Shown here: piece by piece, positions 37,822 to 50,790 of the stretch
How positions within the stretch are numbered: position 1 is the first letter of the stretch
How the letters are laid out: the number at the start of each line of letters is the position of its first letter
Assembly (NCBI GenBank): GCA_030390025.1
Contig: CM059443.1
Coordinates: forward strand, 23,312,001-23,376,000
Length of the DNA: 64,000 nucleotides
Reading direction: 5' to 3'
Source: Squalus acanthias
Taxonomy: Eukaryota
Notes under the pieces: model-generated
Database searches by the model: none
Told to the model about the DNA's origin: nothing
What the model saw: only the letters and a program-made list of their open reading frames with translations
Program-made: the position numbers and the translations under genes

Positions 37822-38400
37822 AAAATCATAGAATGGTTACAGCACAGAAGGAGGCCATTCGGCTCATCGAGTCCATGCCGGCTCCCTGCAAGAGCACTCC
37901 AGCTAGTCCCACTCCCCCACCCTTTCCCTGTAGCCCTGCAAATTTTTCTCCTTCCGGTACTTATCCAATTCCCTTTTGGAAGCCATGATTAAATCTACCT
38001 CTACCACCCTTTTAGGCAGTGCATTCCAGATCCGAACCACTCGCTGCGTAAAAAAGTTTTCCCTCATGTCACCTTTGGTTCTTCTGCCAATAAAAATTGT
38101 GTCCTCTGGTTCTCAAACCTTCCGCCAAGGGAGCAGTTTCTCTCTATCTAGGCCACTCATGATTTTGAACACCTGTCAAATCTTCTCTCAACCTTCTCTG
38201 CTCTAAGGAGAACAATCCCAGCTCCTCTAATCTATCCACGTAACTGAAGTCCCTCATCCCTGGAACCATTCTTGTAAATCTTTTCTGCACCCTCTCTAGG
38301 AAGGATCTGAAGGCCTTAAAGTGTGGTGCCCAGAATTGGACACAATACTCTAGTTGAGGCCGAACCAATGTTTTAAAAAGGTTCACTATAACTTCCTTGT
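37822..38400 (-). mobile_element. CR1 3' end
   Basis: NLFKTLVRPQLEYCVQFWAPH...ERVQKRFTRMVPG; same subfamily as 24178-25590. Confidence 0.9.
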
Positions 38401-38419
38401 AAAGACATAATAACTTGGG

Positions 38420-39260
38420 TTGACGACAATTTGCATTTATATGGGTTTGCTTACATAGAATGCCATCTTAGAGTGTTTAACAAGGGGAATCAGAGGGTGC
38501 TGAACACCAGAGTATAAAGGACTGGGTGAGTGCATGGAGAATCAAAGGCATGGTTGAATGAATAAGTTGCAAGGAGCTTTTACATAGAGACACTCAAGTC
38601 AAAATAATTTTGAATCTGCCACCAATGATGGGACATACCCCTGGGGAAAATTGCTGGCATAAGGTGGAATGAAACCAGGCAGGGATATAAAAATGAGGAT
38701 GAGGACTTCAAAATCATTATTGGTGGGAGTCAGTGGAGATGGGCAGTGGGAATACAGGACTTTAGCAGAAGGAGGAACTTGTCAGAGTTCTGGAATAACT
38801 GACAATGATGACAGGTGAAAGATGGAAAGTCAGTGAGGAGCATTTGAAGGCCAAGTCCTCCAGCTAATGGTGTGAATTAGGGTTTTAGCAGCCATGGGAG
38901 AAGTAGGGCAGAAGCAGGAATTGCCAGAGATGGAAAAATGCAATCTGGATGCGAAGCACAAAACAGCTGAGTCAAGCAGCACACCGAGGTTGCACATCTT
39001 ATGTCCAGCTAAAGCAGACAGGGAGCTGATGCCTGAGGCTGGAATGAAGTAAAGCATCGCTTTAGTTTTGCTAATATTTAGGTGAAGGAAATGTTGTCTC
39101 AAATAGGCAGTCAGGAAGGATAGCAATAACACTGGAATCAACAGTGATGGAGGTGAGGTAGAGTTGTGCATCGTCAGTGGAACAAATGAAAACCAATGAT
39201 AGGCTTGTAGTTGATGTCACCAAAAGAGAGCGATGAGAAAAAGGGCAGACACAAAAGGAC
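38420..39260 (-). mobile_element. Decayed L2-like LINE
   Basis: TDDAQLYL, HFLHLNISKTKAML, NLGVLLDS, KTLIHT motifs. Confidence 0.7.
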
Positions 39261-39709
39261 AAAAGAAATTAACCTGAGGTTTGAGGTAGAGAAGGTAAAA
39301 TGTGATGACTGGTGAATGGAGCAGCATGGGTGGCTGCTCCAATCCATGCCATGGTGAGCACATCTCAGGATAACCAAGTCAAAGCAAATGGAAGGCATGG
39401 GTCTGTGTAGGGTATACAAGAAACTGTGGCAGTTCAGGATTACTGTGGCATAGTAGTGGCAATTTAAGTGGGCATTATCCAATGCAGTGGGTAGGGGAAA
39501 TTGAGGGGTGAGACCAAGTAGCTGCGATGGTGCTACTGCTACTGGAATCACAGCCCCTTTTTAAAACTAAACAGGACTCTGAATTAGTAAAGGATAAGAT
39601 TAGATTGGACATGGAAATTTTATTTTAGCTATTTAATGTGTGTCACAAAATTGTAAATTTCTTCATTCTATTACTTGTAATACTGCAAATTGAGTCAAAT
39701 ATTACTTAC

Positions 39710-39862
39710 CACTTTCTCAGCACGAATCGGCAGAACTACACTGGCCAGAGGAATGCTGACAGGCAATTTGTTTGGTTGAACAGTGCTCAGTGGAATACTG
39801 ATTGGTAGGCTGGTTATGGTTTCAGAATTATTAACTGGACTTTTGCTGAAATCTTTAGAAAG
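39710..39862 (-). CDS. DOT1L: DOT1L exon (~exon 22), AF9/ENL AHD-binding motifs
   Basis: 153 nt; ...ITSLPISIPLSTVQPNKLPVSIPLASVVLPIRAEKV; cag/gtaag. Confidence 0.96.
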
Positions 39863-41023
39863 CTGCAGGAAAAAAATGCAATTCTCACAGAATGGACATA
39901 CAAGTACAAAGAAATCACAATGCAGCCTTTTGTAAAACTGAGATTGGTTTATGACACTGACCCATTTGAAGCATACAAGTGAATAGCACATGGATTAGGT
40001 TTTGCTGGACTATTGCCATATTTGAAGTGGTTGTAATTGTGATGTTTAGACACATTATTGTGTGCACTTTGGATGTGTAAAGGATCAAAATCAATACAAC
40101 AGACTCTGGATACTTGTAACATTACAACCATCTCACTATGACTTGAGAATACAGCAGCGCTGCCATTTGTCATACCAGTAGCCGTATAGACAGCTCTAAG
40201 AGTAGCAAGCCCGTGGATCCTAGCTGCATTGAGGCAAGAATACTCGAAGATTCTAGTTTAAAATTCCCCATCAGTCTTGCCTCACTTTTCCATTAAAGCA
40301 CAAAATGTAGGATGAGGGAGGTCAATTTAGTTCAGCACAAATTCAACGTCAATCAATACGTGAGTGGTGAAGCAGCAGGCATGGCGACACTGGGAACTGT
40401 AACTGCAAACCTACACAGGAAGTCTGGAAGTCCAGCCTCTTGGTTTTGGTTATTTGTGACTGACCATTCCTATTTAGGACATGCACTGCTCATTCAACAT
40501 GGGGTGGGGCTAGCAAAGACACCCTGAACATTACCAGCCACTATTAGTAATGAGGCTGGTAAACTACCCATTCCACTGTGGCTATAAAGTAAATTCTCTT
40601 TTCAACAAGGGCCATGGTCAGAGTATGAACGATGATCATCAACAGCAGTCAGAACAAGTTATACCTTTCAACATCCAGACCCCACAGAAAAACCAAATAT
40701 CTTCATGCTAGAACTGAAAACTCACTAACTATTGCATCAAGAAATACCAAAGCAGTCAACATCAGGAAAATGTTACAGATTAGTTAAGAGTGGCACATAT
40801 TGCATGGCCATTTGATACACACAACTAGTTCATTTTTAAAATGGTAAATTTTTAAAATCAAAATAAGTGCATCACATACATGCTTAATAGCTAAAATATG
40901 TACCCAAACTATACATTACCAAACTGGAAAAATACAGAAGCACAAGATCAAGATATGCAATGTAGTTCGTATTTTTTCCAAATAAGCTTTTATGAATAAG
41001 TAGACTACCAATACCAGCACATT

Positions 41024-42100
41024 GAACATAAGAAATAGGAGCAGGAGTAGGCCAATTGGCCCCTCGAGCCTGCTCCGCCATTCAATAAGATCATGGCTGA
41101 TCTGATCCTAACCGCCAATCTACTATCACAGAACCATCTCCTGAACCTAACAGAATTGGACACACGAAATAGGAGCAGGATCAGGCTACACGGCCCCTGG
41201 GCCCGCTGCGCTACCCACAGGGCCATGACCGATCCGAACCTAGACTCATGTCCAAATTCCTGCCCGCTCCCCGTAACCCTTAATTCCCTTTACTTCTAGG
41301 AAACTGTCTATTTCTGTTTTAAATTTATGTAATGATGTAGCTTCTACAGCTTTTTGGGGCAGCATATTCCATGGACCTACCACCCTCTGAGTGAAGTAGT
41401 TCCTTCTCATCTCAGTTTTGAAAGAGCAGCCCCTTATTCTAAGACTATGCCCCCTCGTTCTAGTTTCACCCATCATCGGGAACATCCTCCCCACATCCAC
41501 CCGATCCAACCCCTTCACAATCTTGTGTTGCAATAAGATCGCCTCTCATTCTTCTGAACTCCAATGAGTAGAGTCCCAATCTACCCAACCTCTCCTCATA
41601 TGTCCATCCCCTCATCCCCGGGATTAACCGAGTGAACCTTCTTTGTACTGACTCGAGAGCAAGTATGTCTTTTCTTAAGTATGGACACCAAAACTGTATG
41701 CAGTATTCCAGGTGCGGTCTCACCAATACCTTGTACAACTGAAGCAATACCTCCCTATTTTTATATTCTATCCCCCTAGCAATGAAAGCCAACATTCCAT
41801 TGGCCTTCTTAATCACTTGCTGCACCTGCATACTAACCTTTTGAGTTTCGTGCACCAGGACCCCCAGATCCCTTTGTACTTCAGTACTTTCCAGTTTCTT
41901 GCCATTAAGATAATAACTTGCTCCCCTATTTTTCCTGCCAAAGTGCATAACCTCACACTTTCCAGTATTGTATTCCATCTGCCAAATCTCTGCCCACTTA
42001 CTTAGCCTGTCTATGTCCCCTTGCAGATTTTTTATGTCCTCCTCACTCACTACTTTCCCTCCCATCTTAGTATCATCTGCAAACTTTGATATGTTACACA
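41024..42100 (-). mobile_element. Relatively young 5'-truncated CR1 LINE
   Basis: 215-aa open RT C-terminal frame (KFADDTK...LVRPHLEYC...RGDLI), one frameshift, 3' UTR. Confidence 0.93.
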
Positions 42101-42519
42101 CATTATCCATCATAGGTTCTGTTTTTTTTTTTTGCTGAACTCCATATTAGGATTATTAATCATCTTCATACAAGGAGCAAGGGAATTATCTGGAGCTACT
42201 ATTCCTATTGCAATTGTATGCCATATTCCCAAGAGGATTGTATCGCATTCGGTTGTATTACAAGGGCCTCAGATCTGGCAACTTCCTCAGTTCTTCACCA
42301 GAGGCCACAGACACACACCTCAGATAGTTCTAGCACCACCAATCAGAAGTCAGTTGAGAAGCTGATGAGAGCTTTGTAGCTGAAAACTAAACTATATTTG
42401 AAGAGTGAAGTACATGTAGAAATGGCCGTAGTGAGGATTAAACCATTTCTATGCTGATTGTGCTACTGGAATTGACAATTACTGTAGAGTGCTGAAAGAA
42501 TGGGGAGATGCATTATGCA

Positions 42520-43130
42520 AATCACACATCTTTGATAGCTTTGAGAGGTTTTGGAGCCTCATTTGGAGTTGCGTGTTCAGTTTTGATTTCCACACCTGGT
42601 GGGGATACTGAAGCCCTGGAGAAAGTACAATGGAGGATGATCAAAATGATGTATCTGGAGTAGCTACCTCTTGGAACTCAGCTATCAAGAGAGGCTCCAG
42701 AAGTTGAGACTATTCTCATTAGCCAAATGTCATCTTAGAAGAGTTATGCTTGAAGTATTTAAATTGATGAAAGGAATAGATTCTGTCCAGTTGGATAAGC
42801 TATTTGAGGTGGATAGGGATGGGAAAACTAAGAGGCATGATTATAAAATATGTAAGCGAAGAGTTAGTTTAGATAATAAGCAATCCTTTTCACAGATTCA
42901 TCACCCTCTGCAACAGATCACAAAAGAGACAGTGAGCTTGGACTCCCAGCGATCTTTCAAAAAAGCTGAACAAGTGCCCGAGGGGGGAGAGCATTTCAAG
43001 TTATAAAAAGGTAGGCTGTGGGGTACCTGGGATAAGCGACGCTCATGAGTTAGTGTGGACTACTGAAGCTTGCTTGATTGTCATCAGGAACCAGAGGAAT
43101 TTCCTTAGTGATTTTTCCTAAACCACCAGG
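42520..43130 (+). mobile_element. Decayed CR1 3' end
   Basis: LSYQERLQKLRLFSL...MLEVFKLMKG. Confidence 0.75.
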
Positions 43131-44098
43131 TGTTATTTTGCTTCTTCCAGGGGGTTGAGAGACTGGGGAGCAGGGGCCAAGGGAAAAACAATGATATGCA
43201 AGGCTGCACCATGCCTGGTTGGGGCAGGCTTGATGTTCCCATGTTTGAGTACAGGCTCTACCTGGGCTCAATTCTTTTTCCTGACTGGCAGCTGGAAAAT
43301 CTGTTTCCTAGCGGAACAAGAACTCCTGGTTTTTGTAGAGAGGTAAGCCACTCTTGCCTGAAAGATTGCCTTTGAGAGTTGGGCTCAGAGTCGCACCAAA
43401 CCAATAATGAGTTTTCCAGTAACTGAGCTGCTCCAAGATCAGTTCAAATCAGGCTGGTCCAAAATGGCAACAGCATCAAAATGAATCGAACTCCTTCAAG
43501 ATGCCAGCAATTGCTCCCAGTGATATTGCAGTGGCTTCAGAGGGGCCCACACTTAATTCTCTATCAGACCAGGACTAGACAAGTATCTCTGTTTTGAGCT
43601 ACGGTCAATACTGCCTTCCAGATGGTGTAATAGTCATACCAGGCCTTATCTCCATTAAGAATTGATGCTATGCCTAGCAAACCCTCATATTAGAGGAAAA
43701 GATGATGGGCGATTCAAGAAGCAATGCCGGATAATTTCCTCCTCTTTTCATCTCAAGTGGCATGCCTTTATATGTAGCCACATACTCCGTAATTGAGATC
43801 AGACTGAATTTGCTTCCACACTTCTTGAGATTGAACTCAGGTTTACCAGGGTACCATCCACCCATGAAAGGATGGTTTATATCCTAATGTATGCAGAAGT
43901 TGAAAGAATGAGGAAATATGAATATGCAACAATGCAGAAGCAAATTAGTGAATGAAATACAAACACTTAAAAACAGAAAATGCCACACAGAATTGAGTTA
44001 ACTATAAAAAATTCAGATAACATGAATCGTACCACACTGCATACGCTTTATAAACCAGCAACAGAAAAACAAAGTTATCAGCACTATACTATGAATAC

Positions 44099-44234
44099 CT
44101 TCTCTACGCTTTTCTCGCATGTCATCTGCTGGGCTGTCGGGGACAAAGGTTGCTGTTCACCTGAACCATGCTGAACACCATTTGGAATTCCTGGACTCTG
44201 ATGTGGGAGGGCAGCTTCTTTTAGGTTTTCAATC
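44099..44234 (-). CDS. DOT1L: DOT1L exon (~exon 21)
   Basis: 136 nt; (R)IENLKEAALPHQSPGIPNGVQHGSGEQQPLSPTAQQMTCEKSVEK; cag/gtatt. Confidence 0.92.
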
Positions 44235-44344
44235 CTGCAATGAATCAGCCAATTTCACTTTGATAGAACAGAATTGAAACTGATCGTATAAATATACACT
44301 TAAAGAAACAAGTTAGATTTGGTATCCTTGGTTAAATTTCCGTA

Positions 44345-44565
44345 ACATGGGAACAGCATTAGGCCATTTAGCCCCTCGTGCCAGTTCCGCCATTCAATGA
44401 GATCGTATCTCATCTGTGATCTAACTCCATATACCTTCCTTTGCCCCATATCCTTTAATACCTTTGGTTAACAGACATCTATCAATCTCAGATTTAAAAT
44501 TAACTGACCCAGCATCAACTGCCGTTTGCGGAAGAGAGTTCCAAACTTCTACCACCCTTTGCGTG
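44345..44565 (-). mobile_element. Short CR1 3' end
   Basis: TQRVVEVWNSLPQ...GIKGYG; near reverse complement of 33145-33365. Confidence 0.85.
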
Positions 44566-45456
44566 TCGGGCGGTAAAGAATCACAAAAAAGTTGCCCTGC
44601 AGCTGACGCACTCCAAAGCTTGGTCTTGCCATAAAACAAGTTGCCAGGAGTGTTACCTTAGAGCCTAACAAGATGGTCACTAGTTTGTATGTATTTCTCC
44701 TCTATTATGCAGATTTAGATTCCTTCTATTCCTAGGTAACGTATTACAGAAAAACCAATCCTTCATCGCCGTTTCTTCATTGTCACTGGGTCAAAATCCT
44801 GGAACTCCCTACCTAACAGTACTGTGGAAGTAGCTTTACCACACGGAAGCAGTTCAAAGCGGCAGCTCACCACCACCTGGTCAAGGGCAATTAGGGATGG
44901 GCAATAAATGCCACAACACCCACATCTCGTGAATGAATACTAAAAAAAAGTTCTTTTGGGAACTGGCCAGGTAAAATCAGATGTTTTAACTGTAGACTGG
45001 ACAGTGTACAGACAGGACTGTCATCAGCATAGCGCACACGAAATGTCACTAGTCTTCTGAAGTCCAGGCCTCCTGGGTGCAGTCAGGAATAACATTATTT
45101 TTCCAGTTCATCTTAGGAGTTTGTCTACTACTCATCCTTTTTTCTTGGATTTTTTTTGTTTGCTCATACTGTTAGAATTGTTCAATAACATTTCAATTTT
45201 AAACAAGTTCCATTCAAGTACCAATTTTGGATATGGCCAAACAAACGGTCAAAAGGTACTTGATAGATTACATAACCAAAACATTCACCCAATGAACACT
45301 GATATATTAGCCAGTTCAATTTCATGCAATAACAAAGATTTCTTTAATAACCAGATAAGCAATACTTGCCCCTCGTTCGTTGGGAGGAGTACAAACAAAA
45401 CACTTAACTGCAGCATTACTTCACTTTCGCATTCAGAAACAGCATCTGTCACTGAC

Positions 45457-45941
45457 CTCTGGGCACATGCCAGTTGTACTTCATGTGCAAGTTTTCCCCC
45501 TCCAGTATGATCCTGGTTCAAATGTCGACGAAGTGCTATTTTGGCTGGAGAAAATCTGGTGTAGTCAGGAAGAGAGTGACTTGGTAATCTGTCTGCTTTG
45601 TGTTTACTCATAAGGTTTGGGATGCACAGCCCATTCTCCTGCTCTGGAAACACAGTGTTGTACACATTCTGTGATTTGGAAGGAGGCCGGTTTAAAGAAC
45701 TATGAATTTCAAAAGGTGTTGCATTTCCATTAATAGAGAGTTCGGGGCTCAGACCATTCATCATTGCCATTGGAATTTTAGGACATTCAATTTCAAGTTG
45801 GTATCTGTTCCTTTCTGTATCCATCTCATAGTTTTTGTTTTTGTGGCGTAGCTGAAGAGATACATCATCTGATGGCATGTATGACTTGAGCTGTATTAGC
45901 TCTTGCTGTCGCTGACTCTTCTCCAACTCCACAATGCTTAT
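45457..45941 (-). CDS. DOT1L: DOT1L exon (~exon 20)
   Basis: 485 nt; ISIVELEKSQRQQELIQLKS...PDYTRFSPAKIALRRHLNQDH...ACAQ; tag/gtcagt; phase-2 end fits the next exon. Confidence 0.93.
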
Positions 45942-47434
45942 CTAATGGTGCCAGGGAGAGAAGAAAGGGATAATGAGGGGAAAACAGCAATATTCTTAAT
46001 CCCATTTCTCCAAATACTCAAATTACCAACATGTAGTTTCATATTTAAAGTCTGTGCAAATACATGGAAAGTTTCCTTTTCTAAAACAATGCAATTAAAT
46101 GACCATGTGCGTTCCTTAATAAATCCAACTGGTTCACATTGGGGTCGCCAGCAGTTGCCCAACAGGCAGCGCAAACACTGCACTGACATCAATATAAAAG
46201 TAGCTATATTTTATTTTGGCAGCTGCATGAATCATAAGCAAACTGAATTTCATCACTGTCCCTTAGTTTCCATTTGGGTCAGAGCGTGCAGCATAATTTC
46301 ACATGACGCCAACCTAGCCTCACCTGCAAATTGGGGGCTCGCACAGAAAAGTGACACTGATGTACAAGTAAATTGAGCCTACATCCTAGCCAATGCAATG
46401 ACAGACCTTAGAGTGCTTGATGACGGGCATGGGTGCAAAAAGTGGCCAATTTAACATTTGCAGGACTGGCAATCTTACCAAGTTGACCACAAAATTTCAC
46501 AAGATTTTAAGTATTTATATCTAGGATAGTGAGCAATTTATCCAAGAAGTTACTTAATATATTTAAATAACTTCCCTGTACATCTTAAACATCGGTTAGG
46601 TTCTAAGTTTAATATTGTAGCCATTAAAACAAAAGAAATAGATTCACCATCTTGCAACCTGTATGCACAAGATTAGAGCAGAGTGAAAGGGTTCCAGGCA
46701 TTTTAATTGCAAGACCACCACCATTAAATAAATTATTTGCCAATCCCATAGCTACAAGACCTCAAGTTAAATAAAAACAAGTTTGTGTAAAATAGGTACT
46801 TACCCAATTTCCATAAACCTTTTGTCAGCCCCAGTGTCTGACACATGCAAAAAAAACAACTGCCATGTTTAATAGTATCCAAAACAAGCTACTGAAGTGT
46901 ACAAAAGTATAGAGTTTGGTTGCTATATAATTTAGCATGCACTCTATCCCCTTAAGGACATACCCCACTAAGCTCAGGGAGGTTAGGAACGGGTTCAGAA
47001 GAGCCATGGCTGAGGACCCATTGGTGTGTGCAAGGGTACTGCTGGATTTAACCCAATATAAATCCACAGTCCAGGGCAAGGGTAAAGCTTCCCACTGCTT
47101 CTCCAGCCAGAACCACCCTTGTCAGACACAACTTTAAGGCATATCAGAGTTAAATGGGAAAAATCTCAGCTCCTAGTTACAAGTCTACCCTTCCTCCCAA
47201 TCCCATTAATGAGCCAAGCTGGCTGATCATGGTGTCTTGGAGTACTGCGGACCTGTCTTTCTTGCGTATCTGATTAACAACTTTGCCAAAAAGGTGAACT
47301 TTGTTTCAATTTTCCATCAGGTGTGTCATTTTGGATTCAGCCAAAGGAGACTTTGCTTACCCAAGAAAACCAAACTCAAATTTTGAATTTCTCTTTAGAA
47401 AATTAGAAGAGTAATAAGCTTATTGGTATCCTAC

Positions 47435-47560
47435 CTGAAGTTCTAAGCAGTGTCTTTGTTTTTCTGAGATCTGACTCTTCAAGGCCTGTTTCTCCTTCAG
47501 CAGGTTGTCCAAAGACAGAGAAGACCAATCCAAATTTAGCTCTTCACATCGTGCTTTCAG
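47435..47560 (-). CDS. DOT1L: DOT1L exon (~exon 19), coiled coil
   Basis: 126 nt; LKARCEELNLDWSSLSLDNLLKEKQALKSQISEKQRHCLELQ; cag/gtagg. Confidence 0.95.
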
Positions 47561-48161
47561 CTGCAACATTTATGATCCAAGTGAACAAATGGAAAACCTT
47601 TTAACTACCCCTCACCCAAATAAAAGTGCTGATACTTCAAGATCCATCATAGTCAGAACAAATATTACAGTATTTCCTAAATGTTTTAACAAAGGTCTAT
47701 TATCCTACTATATTATCCTCAAGTCACTTCACCTTAAAAATGCTGCATGCTAAAAGCCAACCTGCATTTCTATCTAGACCACCAACTTGTTGAGGAGCTG
47801 CGTGAGACGAGAACACAACAATTTGTTCATTTTCTCCCTCATGGGGAAAGCAGCCCATCCCGACTCAGCAGCTCCTAGCAAACTGATGATCAGAACTGAA
47901 GATGGATATGCCATTGTATTCCCTAAAACACTACAATTAAAAAAAATATTTATTTTTTTATTTTTAAAGAGATAACCATAATCACAAGGCAAGAACACTA
48001 ATGTATCCAAGATACTTCATAGCAGTGTTTGGCAATAACTTCTAAAATAACACATGCGTTCTAATTACAACTGACAATAGGTCAAGCAGCTCAGCCTGCT
48101 GCAGGATTCAAAAATGCCATCTTTTTAATTACATCCCACTCCAAACCCATTAAATAATTAC

Positions 48162-48299
48162 CAGCTGCAGACTTTGTTTCCTGAGGTCGCCATTATCCTT
48201 TTCCAGCTGCTTGGTCTGTTCTTTTAGCTGCCTGTTGTGAGCGATGATCTCTTTCTGTGCTTGGAGTAAATCATTGAATGTCATGGCCTTTATACCCAA
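48162..48299 (-). CDS. DOT1L: DOT1L exon (~exon 18), coiled coil
   Basis: 138 nt; LGIKAMTFNDLLQAQKEIIAHNRQLKEQTKQLEKDNGDLRKQSLQL; cag/gtaat. Confidence 0.95.
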
Positions 48300-49074
48300 C
48301 TGGAAGAAAAAAAGGGGGGGAGAAAGGGAAATGGCAAAGTGTAAATTTAAAACATTCCACAATTGAGAAGGCTAATCTCAGTTCCTCACTACAGTTCATA
48401 CACAAGCACATTGCAGCTCTATTCAATTACTTTTTCAGAATTTTTTTTTTTCAAATTCGCCATGGCATTTTGATTGGAAAGTAATCTGGAAAATTAACTT
48501 GTTGATTGCTGTATCCAAACATATCCTGCTGACTGGATCTGAAGCAACATAATATAGTGGAAGACTGCAGCAAAATACTTGCTCAGGGTATCCCCATCTT
48601 CCATAAATACACTGAGTTATTAAGTAGTGGTTCACAACAGTGCTTCATGTTTTTTTTTGAGGGGGGGGGGGGCAAGATAGAGTTTCTCACCCCTGTCAAC
48701 TATTGAATTAAGATAGCACGCATTTGATATCTAGGCTAAGAATTTACACTTAAAGCTCTCCTGTACAAAGGGAAAGAGAATCAGAACTGAATTAAGCTTT
48801 TGAGGCATTTATCTGTAATCACTTTTCGAGTGGAGAGAGAATAGGGTCACAAAACCCTAGATAACAGCAACACAATTTACTGTGTACAATACAAACAAAA
48901 ACAGAAAATGCATAGCAGTGAGCTCTTCCTCAGAACTCCAGCAAGGGTTCTACTTGAAATGTCAACTTGTATTTTATAATTTGCTGATGAAGAGGAAAAA
49001 AATCCTGTATTCAGAGAAATGCAGTTCTTGGTAAGCAGCTTTATATTTTTCAGATGTGGCCAGATAGTTTATAC

Positions 49075-49176
49075 CTCTTCAAGTTTTTGCTGAAAAAGAA
49101 GGCGGACTTCTTCTTTCTGTGTCTGACAGTGCCTAAACAGCTGCTGTGCTGTTCCCGTCAACTGCATATTCTTCAA
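49075..49176 (-). CDS. DOT1L: DOT1L exon (~exon 17), coiled coil
   Basis: 102 nt; LKNMQLTGTAQQLFRHCQTQKEEVRLLFQQKLEE; cag/gtat boundaries. Confidence 0.94.
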
Positions 49177-49601
49177 CTGTAAAAGAAACAAGAAAGTTAC
49201 ATTTCTTTAATAGCTACCTTATTGGCAATCATTTTCTGAAACTCATCAAACTTAAAATAATTACGTCAATTGCTGTGCTAAGTTAAGTCATGCTAAGGGT
49301 TCATTGCTAACCTTATAAAGCTTTTATTTTAAACCCAAAAATATTTAAACTAAAGGTTTCTCTAGTGATGTAGTCAGCAAACTCCTCCAATTACTAATGT
49401 TGTAATTTTCAAGAGTGAACTCTAACTGCTTTGCTTAATGTTGCATTTCAAAGATCATTTCAAGTGAACATACCAATGGGAAAACAGGCTCATTGCTCAT
49501 CCTACAGCCACCACATCAATATCACGTTTCTGATCATAAGGAGAATTGACTTTTGCAGAAAGTACCTGGAGGAAGCCTGAATCATAATAGACAATACCTT
49601 C

Positions 49602-49730
49602 NNNNNNNNNNNNNNNNNNNNNNNNNNNNNNNNNNNNNNNNNNNNNNNNNNNNNNNNNNNNNNNNNNNNNNNNNNNNNNNNNNNNNNNNNNNNNNNNNNN
49701 NNNNNNNNNNNNNNNNNNNNNNNNNNNNNN
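49602..49730. other. Assembly gap (129 N)
   Basis: Run of N inside the intron between exons 16 and 17; no expected exon is missing. Confidence 0.99.
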
Positions 49731-49980
49731 TACATTAGGAGTGAGGAGGGGAGGTGAAGGTATCATCTGCCAAGGAACCGTTATGACTAATTACACTAAA
49801 GCTCAATTTTGCCAAGATACTGTGGGGTAAACCTTCCCATTAGTGTTTGGGCATTTAGATCAGCATGCCCAATTTACATACATGCAGCCCATTAATTGTG
49901 ACAGAATATAATTTCCTTAACCACATCATAAACATTTCACCATGATGAGAATTTAATGAGGAATGATCCGAAAGATGTAC

Positions 49981-50072
49981 CTTTTCCTGGTCCAATAACT
50001 GCTGTAAGTTTGTCTTGTACTGAGGTGTCTTCATATATGCCATGAACTGCAGATATTGTAACCTGAAAGACT
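49981..50072 (-). CDS. DOT1L: DOT1L exon (~exon 16), start of the coiled-coil (AF10-binding) region
   Basis: 92 nt; ESFRLQYLQFMAYMKTPQYKTNLQQLLDQEK; AG/GT boundaries. Confidence 0.95.
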
Positions 50073-50478
50073 CTGAATTTGATCAATACTAGTTAATGTA
50101 TTGTACTTTTTTTCTTAAATGAACACATTCCTACAATCAATAAAACATTTAACTAAAAAGGAAAACAGTTAGGTGGACTTGGGAGGAAAATCTTCAAAAC
50201 CTTCTGTATTTTTGAACTCATTAGTGAATTCAGAATTTTTGGAGATGGATTTCTTCAACAAAATACAGTTTTTAAATAAACATTATAAAGATGCTCTTAA
50301 GTACTTAAAATGCATGCTTAAAATGCAGAAACATTACTAAGTTAACATTCTAGCAATAAAGGGCAAGTAAAACAAATCTATCCATGCAATAATATTTAAA
50401 ATCTAGTCACATTTCACAGTCCTGTACTACAAATACTAAACTTAAAAGCACGCTTTTAAGAAAAAATACAGTAGTGTG

Positions 50479-50790
50479 AACATAAGAAATAGGAGCAGGA
50501 GTAGGCCACTTGTTCCTTTGAGCCTGCTCCTCCATTCTATAAAATCATGGCTGATCTTTATCCTCAACTCCACCTTCCCGCACTATCCCCATATCCCTTG
50601 ATACCCTTAATATCCAAAAATCTATCGATCTTTGTCTTGAATATACTCAACAACTGAGCAGCCACAGCCCTCTGGGGTAGAGAATTCCAAAGATTCACAA
50701 CCCTTTGAGTGAAGAAATTTCTCCTCATCTCAGTCCTAAATGGCCGACCCCGTATCCTGAGACTGAGACCCCTAGTTCTAGACTCCTGGT
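50479..50790 (-). mobile_element. Short CR1 3' end
   Basis: aacataagaaataggagcaggagtaggcc tail; same family as 35575 and 61347. Confidence 0.88.

Noticed and set aside
43200-43900. Coding-looking sequence (MGGWYPGKPEFNLKKC...)
   Set aside because: Frames are short and interrupted and I cannot assign a family; possibly a very old TE.
48895-48995. Possible degenerate third Penelope pLTR/hammerhead remnant
   Set aside because: Core motifs are too degraded to support a call.
49497-49766. ORFs spanning the N run
   Set aside because: Artefacts of the assembly gap.
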